Origin: Candidatus Woesebacteria bacterium
GTDB taxonomy: Bacteria > Patescibacteriota > Microgenomatia > UBA8517
DNA length: 64,000 nucleotides
Assembly (NCBI GenBank): GCA_016432525.1
Contig: CP066693.1
Location: 416,815-480,814 of the forward strand
Direction of reading: 5' to 3'
Shown here: in pieces, positions 1 to 8,854 of the stretch
How positions within the stretch are numbered: position 1 is the first letter of the stretch
Layout of the letters: each line of letters begins with the position of its first letter
Translations under genes and position numbers: made by a program
Notes under the pieces: model-generated
Seen by the model: only the letters and a program-made list of their open reading frames with translations
Databases searched by the model: none
Told to the model about the DNA's origin: nothing

Positions 1-2
1 AA

Positions 3-545
3 ATAAACACCCAAAATTGGCACAATTCCCTCGCCATACTCTTTCAAGAATTTGAAAAATACCCATTTAGTGCAAAAGAAACAATCGGCTATGGAGATAT
101 CGAAAGAATACATACAGATGAAGATATAAAAGAAGCAGCCAAAAAAACAAACATAGATGAGTTTATTGAAGATCTTGAACTAAAATACAAGAATCCTCTA
201 GATCCACAGTTTGAAAAAGGTGTAAGCCCTTCAGTTGGTCAATGGCAAAGACTTGGAATATCAAGGATGCTTTTTAGAAAAAACGCAAGAATAATTATTA
301 TGGATGAACCAACAAGTAATGTAGATCCAGAAGCCGAAGAAAAAATATTTAAAGAATTAACAAAAAAGACTAAAGACAAAATTTTAATTTTTGTTACCCA
401 AAGGTTTTCAACAGTGCGCCTTGCAGATAGAATATTTGTAGTAGACAAGGGGAGAATAATCGAAAATGGAACACATTCTGATCTTATGAAAAAAGCCGGC
501 ACTTATGCAAAACTTTTCAACCTTCAAGCCAAAGGCTACAAATAA
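3..545 (+). CDS. ABC transporter ATP-binding domain, C-terminal part of an exporter (5' end outside window)
   Basis: Frame 3 is open from position 3. The translation carries an ABC signature-like GVSPSVGQWQRLGISR, a Walker B IIIMDEPTS, and a D-loop/H-loop region. The 267..545 ORF is the tail of this frame. Confidence 0.8.
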   Translation: MNTQNWHNSLAILFQEFEKYPFSAKETIGYGDIERIHTDEDIKEAAKKTNIDEFIEDLELKYKNPLDPQFEKGVSPSVGQWQRLGISRMLFRKNARIIIMDEPTSNVDPEAEEKIFKELTKKTKDKILIFVTQRFSTVRLADRIFVVDKGRIIENGTHSDLMKKAGTYAKLFNLQAKGYK

Positions 546-599
546 TCTGCAATTTAATTGATCCTATAATTTGAATTTAAACTCAAAATATGATATATT

Positions 600-866
600 A
601 TCCATATCGCTCGTTTGACATACGGAGAAACCGACATGCTATCCCCAGAATTCTGCGAGGAAGTGTTATCGGTTATTCGCGATTTTGCGAAACTAGGCTG
701 GATGATCACCATAAGTGAGGCGTGTGCATTGGTTTGCTCCAGGCACATAGTTCGGCTCCAGCCGATAACTCCGAAATAAAGCGAATTTAAAATAAATTTA
801 TCACTGCTACATGCGCCCTCTTTTTAAGGTACAATAACCTTACAAAGCCAGGGCGCGTTCAATTTC
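600..866. ncRNA. Candidate structured RNA or cis-regulatory leader (GC-rich, nested stems); identity unknown
   Basis: Local GC is far above the about 33% background. Nested complementary segments are visible: GTTATCGG 665-672 with CCGATAAC 762-769, GGCTGGA 696-702 with TCCAGCC 757-763, and TGTGC 723-727 with GCACA 743-747. There is no convincing ORF with an RBS. Confidence 0.25.
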
Positions 867-1514
867 ATGAGTAAACTTCTAAATTTTCTTACTGGAACTA
901 AAATTCTTGACGAAAAAACTTCTATTCACAATGGAAAACTAACAGTAGTAAAAGATTTTACTTTTGGTACCTATATAAAAGGTGGAGGATTAACTCAATC
1001 AGGGGGCGTTGCAAAAGATGTATGGAGTTCGTCTCTTAAAAAAGTTAAAAGTAAAAACATTAAGATCAAAAAAGCCTTAATCCTAGGTTTGGGTGGAGGC
1101 TCAATTGCTCAAATCATTAAAAGGCTTTGGCCCTCTGCAAAAATTACAGGAATCGATATCGACCCAATTATTGTTGAATTTGGTAAAAAATATATGGGTC
1201 TTGATAAATTAAATGTCGAAATTCATATACAAGACGCTCTTTCTTTTATCGAAACTAAGTCACTTCCTGAATACGATTTAATTTGCGTTGACACATATCA
1301 AGGCGATATTTTTCCTGAAAAGTTCGAAAATTTAGATTTCTTAAAAAATATCACAAAAATTCTCTCAAAAAATGGGGTTATTGTTTTTAATAGGCTTTAT
1401 TATGGAGAAAAAAGGCCTCAAGCCATGAAATTTTTGATTTCCCTTGAAAAAGTTTTCCCAAAAGTTGAAGTCGTCCATCCAGAAGCAAACATCATGTTCA
1501 TATGCAAAGTTTAA
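867..1514 (+). CDS. Spermidine synthase-like SAM-dependent methyltransferase-fold protein
   Basis: A Gly-rich SAM-binding motif (LILGLGGGSIAQ) followed by ITGIDIDP and DLICVDTY, typical of the PABS/class I methyltransferase fold. Confidence 0.55.
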   Translation: MSKLLNFLTGTKILDEKTSIHNGKLTVVKDFTFGTYIKGGGLTQSGGVAKDVWSSSLKKVKSKNIKIKKALILGLGGGSIAQIIKRLWPSAKITGIDIDPIIVEFGKKYMGLDKLNVEIHIQDALSFIETKSLPEYDLICVDTYQGDIFPEKFENLDFLKNITKILSKNGVIVFNRLYYGEKRPQAMKFLISLEKVFPKVEVVHPEANIMFICKV

Positions 1515-2309
1515 TTATCTATTTCTCTCATTGCTAACAAAAGCAATAGTTCCAATTGAAATAAAAAGCAAAAACATAGCTCCAATTACAACCAAATCAA
1601 TTAATGTACTGAATAAAACTGTTTTTGAATACTCGGCCATACCTGTATAAAAAACAGATCTTACAAGATCAACTGCATAAGTCATTGGCGCAATTCTTGA
1701 AAGAACTAAAAGTGCTGGAGGCAGATTTTTAACTGGTCCAAAAACTCCAGCCAAGAAAAATTGTGGAAAAATCACAAATGGGAATATTTGATTAGCAGCT
1801 CTTTGAGATTTTAAATTTGATAAAACAAATACACCAAAAGCGCCTCCCAGTGCACAAACAATTAATGCAAATGGAGCAAGGCGTAAAAACTCAAAAACAG
1901 TTAAATGCACTCCCATTACAAACCCAAAAAGAAAAACCCCAATCCCTTGGGTTAAAGCAACCAAAGATTCTCCTAAAATTTTCCCAACAATTATTGAGTA
2001 ACGTGATATTGGAGACACAAAAATCTCCTGAGAAAAATCATTTTCTCTATCTTCAATTAATGAAATCACACCTGATGCAGTTGACTGGAAAAGCGTTTGT
2101 CCTAAAACTCCTATAAAAATAAACGTCAAAAAATTATATCCAGCATTTGCTCCCAAATTTGATTGCAAGCTTGATCCCAATATTCCCACAAAAACAAAAG
2201 GAAATATAAAAGTTGCGATAATGCGCCCGCGATCCCTCAAAAACTTTGAAAAATCCCTATAAGCTATAGTTAGTATTGCGTTTACTTCATGCATGGTTAT
2301 TATTCTCAA
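1515..2309 (-). CDS. ABC-2 type transporter permease
   Basis: 264 aa with six predicted TM helices. It overlaps the upstream ATPase gene by 23 nt, consistent with translational coupling. Confidence 0.75.
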   Translation of the reverse strand: MRIITMHEVNAILTIAYRDFSKFLRDRGRIIATFIFPFVFVGILGSSLQSNLGANAGYNFLTFIFIGVLGQTLFQSTASGVISLIEDRENDFSQEIFVSPISRYSIIVGKILGESLVALTQGIGVFLFGFVMGVHLTVFEFLRLAPFALIVCALGGAFGVFVLSNLKSQRAANQIFPFVIFPQFFLAGVFGPVKNLPPALLVLSRIAPMTYAVDLVRSVFYTGMAEYSKTVLFSTLIDLVVIGAMFLLFISIGTIAFVSNERNR

Positions 2310-3228
2310 TTATTTCCAAATAAGCATCTTCAAGTGTAGGATTATGAATATCCAAATAATTTAAAGGTGTCTTTATAGAAGAAATTACTTTTTGAGGATT
2401 TTTGCCTCTAAGATTAATCATAATATTTTCCTTTTCTTCAAAATTAAGTTTTAATTTTTTAAGCTCAGAAATAAGTTTCCTCTTACTTTTTGAATCCACC
2501 AATAAATAATTTTTGATTAATTCCTTTTTAATTTTAGAAGGAGTTCCGGAAGAAACAATTTTTCCTTTGTTAATTATAAACACATGATCAGCTCCTTCAG
2601 CCTCCTCCAAATAATGAGTTGTTAAAAAAATTGTAGTTTTTTCACTCTTTCGAACTTCATTTAAATATTGCCATAAATTTTTTCTTGAAAGTGGATCAAG
2701 CCCACTTGTTGGTTCATCTAAAAATAAAATTTTTGGTTTATGGATTAAACTCCTCATAATTTCAAGTTTTCTCTTCATTCCACCTGAAAAAGTTTTTATA
2801 GGTTTAAAAATATCTTTCTGGATTCCCAAAATCTCAGAAAGTTCATATACTTTCTTCTGATAAGCCTTACTCATAAATCCAAAAGTTGGTGCAAAAGGAT
2901 AAATTCCATACAAAATTGCATGAAATCTGACATTCTCCTCAGCTGTTAAATTCTGGTCTAAGCTTGGATTCTGAAAAATTATTCCAATCGATTTTCTAAC
3001 TTCCTTTTGATTCTTATCTAAATCATATCCAGCCAAGCTCACTTTTCCAGAAGTTTTAGACAGTGTTGTTGTAAGAATTGAAATAGTAGTTGTTTTCCCA
3101 GCTCCATTAGGACCCAAAAAAGAAAAAAACTCTCCCTCTGAAACATCAAATGTGATATCATCTACTGCATTTGTATTTGCTTTGTTGTATTTCTTAACTA
3201 ATCGAGAGACATCAATTATTTTGCCCAT
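2287..3228 (-). CDS. ABC transporter ATP-binding protein
   Basis: Walker A GPNGAGKTT, signature SGGMKRKLEIMRS, Walker B LFLDEPTSGLD, H-loop TTHYLEEA. Confidence 0.9.
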   Translation of the reverse strand: MGKIIDVSRLVKKYNKANTNAVDDITFDVSEGEFFSFLGPNGAGKTTTISILTTTLSKTSGKVSLAGYDLDKNQKEVRKSIGIIFQNPSLDQNLTAEENVRFHAILYGIYPFAPTFGFMSKAYQKKVYELSEILGIQKDIFKPIKTFSGGMKRKLEIMRSLIHKPKILFLDEPTSGLDPLSRKNLWQYLNEVRKSEKTTIFLTTHYLEEAEGADHVFIINKGKIVSSGTPSKIKKELIKNYLLVDSKSKRKLISELKKLKLNFEEKENIMINLRGKNPQKVISSIKTPLNYLDIHNPTLEDAYLEIIENNNHA

Positions 3229-3241
3229 ACAAGTATTTTAC

Positions 3242-3269
3242 ACTGGCACTAAGAAGATTCAATTGCTAA
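3242..3269. repeat. 28-bp direct repeat, copy 1 (ACTGGCACTAAGAAGATTCAATTGCTAA)
   Basis: Matches 5923-5950 with one mismatch. It sits between the HExxH gene stop and the ABC ATPase start. Confidence 0.6.
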
Positions 3270-4112
3270 TTATATAATAAAACCATTAAGAAGTTTGTCT
3301 GGCCATTCTTTTTTATATTTATCTACAATTATTCTTCCGAAAACTTTCGTAAAATTATGTGGATCGTCAACAATCACAGAGTCCTCTTTCTCAAGATTTT
3401 TATCTTTTTCTTTTTTTGCAAAAATACGAAGCGTGTTAATTTCTGAAACTTTTAAATCTTCCAAAAAATTAACCCAAAATATTTTTGATGCACTATATTC
3501 AACAGAGTATGCAAATAACTCTGACATAAATTGATGCAATTCTCCAAAATAAGGAAAACGAATTTGACCATTAAGAACACTGTCTTCGCCCATTAAATAA
3601 TTGATACTATTATTGATATATTTCAAATTTTCATCTTTATTTGCCAGAAACCATAATTTATGCCTGTTGTAATATATATGTGCATATTCATGAACAATTG
3701 TTGCTATATAACTTTCTTTTGATTTATAAGGAGATTCAACAATCTTTTCATGAATATTTTTAAAATCACTAAATAATGACCCAAACGGTGTTTCATCGTT
3801 TGGCAAAATTTTCTTAATAATCTCATTTATTTTATTTATATAAATTCCTGCGGACCATTTTTTGAAATCTCTAAAACCAAACTCAAAATTGTTTGATAAT
3901 TTATATACATTAATATCTTTTTTTGAAAAAATTTTATCTAATAATATTTTCCTTTCAGAAAAAATATATAAATTATTTTTATCAAAACTAATTGGAGAGA
4001 TGTTTTTTAGAAATTTCTTATCAAAAAAAATATAATCTAATTTAGGATCACGAACAACCAACATTCCTTCGATAATTGCTTCAAAATCAGAATCATTTGT
4101 CATAACTGTCAT
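3270..4112 (-). CDS. HExxH-motif protein, putative zinc metallopeptidase (candidate leader peptidase)
   Basis: 280 aa containing TIVHEYAHIYY (HExxH). It is divergent from the rSAM gene and shares a 74-nt AT-rich intergenic region with it. No signal peptide. Confidence 0.5.
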   Translation of the reverse strand: MTVMTNDSDFEAIIEGMLVVRDPKLDYIFFDKKFLKNISPISFDKNNLYIFSERKILLDKIFSKKDINVYKLSNNFEFGFRDFKKWSAGIYINKINEIIKKILPNDETPFGSLFSDFKNIHEKIVESPYKSKESYIATIVHEYAHIYYNRHKLWFLANKDENLKYINNSINYLMGEDSVLNGQIRFPYFGELHQFMSELFAYSVEYSASKIFWVNFLEDLKVSEINTLRIFAKKEKDKNLEKEDSVIVDDPHNFTKVFGRIIVDKYKKEWPDKLLNGFII

Positions 4113-4201
4113 TTTAGCTTAAATTTATATCAATATGATACAATATCGCTGGTAATAAAATACTATACTAGGTACCTTAACAAAGGTTGAAAGGTTGCAA
4201 A

Positions 4202-5581
4202 ATGAAGAGCTTTCGTCTGAAAGATGGTGTTTTTTTTGTAAAAGGAGCACTGAATGGTGCCCTTTTAGACACTACTACAGGTAATGTCTATTCAATAAAC
4301 CAAATTGCTGTTTCGATAATAACCAAGGAAAAAGAAAATCAAGAATATTGGGAAAAACTTATCCAAATGAAATTGGCTGAAGAATGCTCCGTCGCTAGTT
4401 CATTACCAGACATACCTCGAATGTCCTCAATAAGTTTAAAATTTGTCTGGTTTGAAATAATATCAAACGATTGCAACGAATCATGTATACACTGTTATGC
4501 AGAAAGTATGCCGCCGTCTCATAGAAAAGCACTTGGACTTGTTGATATCTCAGGAGAAAACAAAACAAAATTAAAGCTAACTTATGCGGATTGGGTAAAA
4601 TACATTCAAGAAGCATATGATCTGGGATGCCGAAGATGTCAATTTATCGGTGGCGAACCCTTTGTTTACAAAGAAGGAGACAAAACAGTTCTAGATCTAG
4701 CAAGTTTTGCTAAAGAAATTGGCTATGAGTTTGTTGAAATTTTCACCAATGCGACTTTGCTGACACATGAGAAAATCGACAGAATAAAAAGACTAAACCT
4801 AAACGTTGCAGTTTCATTATATTCTCATGATCCACAGATTCATGATTCAATTACACAAACACCAGGTAGTCATTCGAGGACGGTTCAAAATCTCAAGTCG
4901 TTAAAATTAGCAGGAGTTAAAACTCGTGTAGAAATTGTAATAATGAAACAAAACCAAAACACGATTGAAGAAACACAGATTCTAATTAAAGACATTGGTT
5001 TTAGTGGCAAACATCCTGATCCAATTCGACCAAAAGGAAGGGGAGATAATTTGAGCATTAGACCAGATCCTGAAAAAACAGTCGAATATGGTTACATGAC
5101 AAAGCCAAATTTTACAGCTAACAAAAACACAATTGCACACTATTCAAAAGGTCATAGTTGCTTGGCTGGAAAAATAACATTAACTGATTCTGGAGACATA
5201 CTACCATGCATATTCTCTCGTAATCACATAATCGGCAATGTATTAAAAGTGGCCTCATTGGAGTCGATATTGTTGAGCGAAGCTATGCAACAAGTATGGA
5301 ACACAACTAAAGACAGTGTCCTAGTTTGTCGCGACTGTGAATATCGCTACGTATGCTTTGATTGTAGGCCTCTTTCGGAAGCAGCAGCAAGCGGAAATTC
5401 TGATTATATGCATGCCCCATATCCACGTTGTACACATAATCCATATACAGGAGAATGGGCAAAGGGCACATGGAGAGTAAACGAAAAAGGAGAACCTTGG
5501 TATGATCGATCCATAGAACCCATTATAAATATGGTTATAGAAAAAAGAGGATTTAAATCAACTCAACCTTCTGGTCATTAA
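4202..5581 (+). CDS. Radical SAM/SPASM-domain peptide maturase with N-terminal PqqD-like RRE
   Basis: CNESCIHC (CX3CX2C) radical SAM cluster motif. C-terminal Cys cluster CRDCEYRYVCFDC...C typical of SPASM/twitch domains. The N-terminus GNVYSINQIAVSI resembles the PqqD-like RiPP recognition element. ATG at 4202 is preferred over TTG at 4187. Confidence 0.85.
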   Translation: MKSFRLKDGVFFVKGALNGALLDTTTGNVYSINQIAVSIITKEKENQEYWEKLIQMKLAEECSVASSLPDIPRMSSISLKFVWFEIISNDCNESCIHCYAESMPPSHRKALGLVDISGENKTKLKLTYADWVKYIQEAYDLGCRRCQFIGGEPFVYKEGDKTVLDLASFAKEIGYEFVEIFTNATLLTHEKIDRIKRLNLNVAVSLYSHDPQIHDSITQTPGSHSRTVQNLKSLKLAGVKTRVEIVIMKQNQNTIEETQILIKDIGFSGKHPDPIRPKGRGDNLSIRPDPEKTVEYGYMTKPNFTANKNTIAHYSKGHSCLAGKITLTDSGDILPCIFSRNHIIGNVLKVASLESILLSEAMQQVWNTTKDSVLVCRDCEYRYVCFDCRPLSEAAASGNSDYMHAPYPRCTHNPYTGEWAKGTWRVNEKGEPWYDRSIEPIINMVIEKRGFKSTQPSGH

Positions 5582-5605
5582 CCAACAACATATAAAGGAG
5601 AAAAA

Positions 5606-5866
5606 ATGTCAATAAAAATAATCGAAGAACCAACAATCATTCTAGTTTCACCTCGAATTGTAAACTACTGCGCGCCTGAACAAGGAGATTGTGGTCCAGA
5701 TCACACCTGTTCACCTGATCAAAATTGTTCACCAGATCAAGAAGAATATTACTGCGGACCAGAAACAACAACTTGTGGCCCAGATTTACGAACTCCAGAG
5801 CCTGAGTATACTTGTGGTCCTGAACAAGGAGATTGTGGTCCAGATCACACCTGTTCACCTGATTAG
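5606..5866 (+). CDS. Cys-rich repeat peptide, putative RiPP precursor (9 x C-[AGS]-P-[DE])
   Basis: Strong RBS AAAGGAG 7 nt upstream. An about 20-aa leader-like N-terminus is followed by a core with nine Cys, each followed by x-Pro-Asp/Glu. It lies immediately downstream of the rSAM/SPASM gene. A 42-bp internal DNA duplication occurs at 5683-5724 and 5822-5863. Confidence 0.7.
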   Translation: MSIKIIEEPTIILVSPRIVNYCAPEQGDCGPDHTCSPDQNCSPDQEEYYCGPETTTCGPDLRTPEPEYTCGPEQGDCGPDHTCSPD

Positions 5867-5881
5867 TCATGGACGCATAAC

Positions 5882-5918
5882 CGGTTAGATAATCAAAATC
5901 TAGCCGGTTTTTTATTTA
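5882..5918 (+). terminator. Rho-independent terminator after precursor gene
   Basis: Stem CCGGTTAGAT / ATCTAGCCGG followed by TTTTTTATTTATT. Confidence 0.6.
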
Positions 5919-5922
5919 TTGT

Positions 5923-5950
5923 ACTGGCACTAAGAAGATTCAACTGCTAA
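5923..5950. repeat. 28-bp direct repeat, copy 2 (ACTGGCACTAAGAAGATTCAACTGCTAA)
   Basis: 27/28 identity with 3242-3269. Located just after the precursor-gene terminator. Confidence 0.6.
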
Positions 5951-6020
5951 AATAAAGCTGTCTATTGCTATATTTAAATGATTTTAGGATAATATCATGC
6001 CTCTGCTAAAATAACTGTAT

Positions 6021-8729
6021 ATGATTAAAAACTTTTTAAAAGGAATAATAGATATTAACCAAAAAGAAGTTGCGCACCTTCAAAAGGTTGTGGATAAAGT
6101 TAATCTCCATGAAGCAAAATACAAAAAATTCAAATTAACTGACTTCCCAAAAGAAACTAAAAAATTCCAAAAAAGGATTGAAGAAGGGGAAATTCTGGAA
6201 AGTATCCTTCCTGAAGCCTTTGCACTCGTCAGAGAGGCATCAGATAGAGCCATAGGTCTAAGGCATTATGATGTCCAGCTGATGGCAGCTGTAGCACTTT
6301 TTGAAGGCAAAGTTGCTGAGCAAAAAACAGGGGAAGGAAAGACCTTATCAGCCGTCCCAGCTTTATATCTTCGTGCTATAACAGGTAAAGGAGTTCATCT
6401 TGTTACTGTCAATGATTATCTTGCTCGCCGTGATGCTGGTTGGAATGCTCCAATTTTTCATCTTTTGGGATTAACTGTTGGCTCAATTATTCAAGAAAAC
6501 AAATCTTTTGTCTACGATCCTAATTTTACCGACAATAGCCATGGCGACGAGCGTCTTTCCCATTTAAAGCCAACTGAAAGAAAAAAGGCTTATGAGGCAG
6601 ACATTACTTATGGAACTAATAATGAATTTGGTTTTGATTATTTAAGAGATAATATGGTTGGATCTCTCACAGAAATGGCTCAGCGTGGTCATTATTTTGC
6701 AATTGTTGACGAGGTCGATTCAGTGCTTATTGATGAGGCCCGTACTCCTCTTATTATCTCAGCTCCAGATATGGAGCCCACTGATAAATATTATAAATTC
6801 GCATCAATTATAGATAAATTAGTTCCAGATACTGATTATGAAATAGACGAAAAGATGAAAAGTGCAACTCTCACTGAAGACGGAATCGCAAAAATAGAAA
6901 AAATCCTAAAAGTTGATAATTTATACGAAAAAGATTTTGATGCAATTCACCACATTGAAAACGCTCTTCGAGCAAGATCACTGTATCTTCTTGATCGAGA
7001 TTATGTAGTAAAAGATGGCCAGGTAATAATAGTTGATGAATTTACAGGCCGTCTTATGTTTGGACGTCGTTGGAGCGATGGTCTTCACCAGGCAGTTGAA
7101 GCAAAAGAAGGAGTAACTATTCAACAGGAAAGTAAAACCTTAGCAACCATCTCTTTCCAGAATTACTTCAGAATGTATGAAGTTTTATCAGGAATGACAG
7201 GAACAGCTCTAACTGAGGCTGATGAGTTCAAAAAAATCTATGAAATAGAAGTTGTTGCAATTCCAACCAATATGCCAATGGTAAGAAAAGATAAATCAGA
7301 TGCAATTTATAAAACCATCAAGGCCAAATACGAAGCAGTTGCCAATCGAATTGCCGATCTTCACAAAAAAGGACAGCCTGTTCTTGTAGGTACTACATCA
7401 ATTGAGAAAAATGAAATCATTTCAGAATTTCTTAAAAGCAAAAAAATTCCCCACAACGTCTTAAACGCCAAAAACCACGAAAAAGAAGCTATGATTTTAG
7501 CCGAAGCAGGAAAGCCAGGAGGCGTGACTGTTGCAACCAATATGGCAGGCCGTGGAGTTGATATTATATTAGGAGGCGCCTCTCCAAGTAAAAAATCAAA
7601 GCAATATAAAACCTGGGAAAAAAATCATGAAAAAGTAGTAAAAGCAGGAGGGCTTTTTGTTTTGGGAACAGAGCGTCATGAGTCTCGCCGTATCGATAAC
7701 CAGCTTCGAGGTCGTTCTGGTCGTCAAGGCGATCCAGGCACTACTCAATTCTTTCTTTCCTTGGAAGATGATCTAATGAGAGTTTTTGGAGGAACCCAAA
7801 TTGCAAGTATTATGGATAGACTCAGACTTCCAGATAATGAGCCAATTGAAAATAGATTGGTTTCAAGAGCAATTGAATCAGCCCAAATAAAAGTTGAAGG
7901 ATTCCACTTTGACGCCAGGAAAAGAGTTGTCGAATATGATGATGTAGCCAATCAGCAAAGAGATATTGTTTACAAATTAAGACGAAGAATTCTTGAGTCA
8001 AACAATGTCAAAGACGAAGTTTTAGAAAAGCTCGATAATCAAGTTGATCGAATCCTCTTAAAATATGCTCCCTTAGAAAATCAACGGAAAGGTTTCAAAA
8101 AAGAAGTTAAAGATCTCCAAATATCAAAAGAAAATGCAGAAACAATTGCAGTTTCTCTAGCTGATACGATTCCTTTTGACGATGCCTCAGTTAAGGCAAT
8201 TGCAAAACAACTCGAAAAATTCAAAAGCCATTCAAAACTTCAAGAATTTCTTAAGAAATTAATTCTAGATACACATCAAAGTCGCGAATCCCAACTAAAA
8301 CCAGAAGGCATGAGGCTTGTTGAAAAATATGCATATCTAAACTCAATTGACCATTTGTGGATTGACCATCTTGACCAAATAGATGACCTACGAGAAGGAA
8401 TTAACTTAAGAGCTTATGGCCAAAGAGATCCATTAGTTGAGTTTAAAAACGAAGCGTATGACCTCTTTGAAACTTTGATAGATAAAATTGATGAAGAGTT
8501 AGCCCATAGAATTTTTAGGATGAATATAATGCCAAACCCCCAAACCGAAATTCCGGTTAATCTAGCTCAAACAAATGAAGATTTATCGGACAATATCGGA
8601 TTAGCAGATTCCCCTCAAAGGAAAAAAATTATCAAACGAACTGGCTCCAAAATGGGTCGAAACGACCCCTGTTGGTGTGGAAGCGGTAAAAAATGGAAAA
8701 AATGCCACTACCCTCAATTACCTTCTTGA
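6021..8729 (+). CDS. secA: Preprotein translocase ATPase SecA
   Basis: 902 aa. DEAD-like motor motifs (AEQKTGEGKT, VDEVDSVLIDEA), preprotein cross-linking and wing/scaffold regions, C-terminal zinc finger CWCGSGKKWKKCH. Confidence 0.95.
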   Translation: MIKNFLKGIIDINQKEVAHLQKVVDKVNLHEAKYKKFKLTDFPKETKKFQKRIEEGEILESILPEAFALVREASDRAIGLRHYDVQLMAAVALFEGKVAEQKTGEGKTLSAVPALYLRAITGKGVHLVTVNDYLARRDAGWNAPIFHLLGLTVGSIIQENKSFVYDPNFTDNSHGDERLSHLKPTERKKAYEADITYGTNNEFGFDYLRDNMVGSLTEMAQRGHYFAIVDEVDSVLIDEARTPLIISAPDMEPTDKYYKFASIIDKLVPDTDYEIDEKMKSATLTEDGIAKIEKILKVDNLYEKDFDAIHHIENALRARSLYLLDRDYVVKDGQVIIVDEFTGRLMFGRRWSDGLHQAVEAKEGVTIQQESKTLATISFQNYFRMYEVLSGMTGTALTEADEFKKIYEIEVVAIPTNMPMVRKDKSDAIYKTIKAKYEAVANRIADLHKKGQPVLVGTTSIEKNEIISEFLKSKKIPHNVLNAKNHEKEAMILAEAGKPGGVTVATNMAGRGVDIILGGASPSKKSKQYKTWEKNHEKVVKAGGLFVLGTERHESRRIDNQLRGRSGRQGDPGTTQFFLSLEDDLMRVFGGTQIASIMDRLRLPDNEPIENRLVSRAIESAQIKVEGFHFDARKRVVEYDDVANQQRDIVYKLRRRILESNNVKDEVLEKLDNQVDRILLKYAPLENQRKGFKKEVKDLQISKENAETIAVSLADTIPFDDASVKAIAKQLEKFKSHSKLQEFLKKLILDTHQSRESQLKPEGMRLVEKYAYLNSIDHLWIDHLDQIDDLREGINLRAYGQRDPLVEFKNEAYDLFETLIDKIDEELAHRIFRMNIMPNPQTEIPVNLAQTNEDLSDNIGLADSPQRKKIIKRTGSKMGRNDPCWCGSGKKWKKCHYPQLPS

Positions 8730-8809
8730 CAAATAATATCAGTAGGTTTTGCTTTTCAAACCGGGAAACATCGTTTCTTCTGCTAAACTCTTTATCACAA
8801 GCCCACAAA

Positions 8810-8850
8810 GGCACAAAGATTTCCAAAAGAAGTCAGTGTGCCTTTTTATT
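8810..8850. terminator. Bidirectional intrinsic terminator between convergent secA and the 8855..9973 gene
   Basis: Stem GGCACA / TGTGCC with T-run on + strand and A-run upstream, so U-run on - strand. Confidence 0.5.
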
Positions 8851-8854
8851 TTTC

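Noticed and set aside
554-748. 64-aa minus-strand ORF in the GC-rich intergenic block
   Set aside because: No RBS, and the composition matches the structured region rather than coding sequence. It is more likely part of an RNA element or a remnant.
5637-5888. ORFs 5637..5870 (-) and 5691..5888 (+) overlapping the precursor peptide gene
   Set aside because: They are artefacts of the internal 42-bp DNA duplication, have no RBS, and fully overlap the strongly supported Cys-rich frame.
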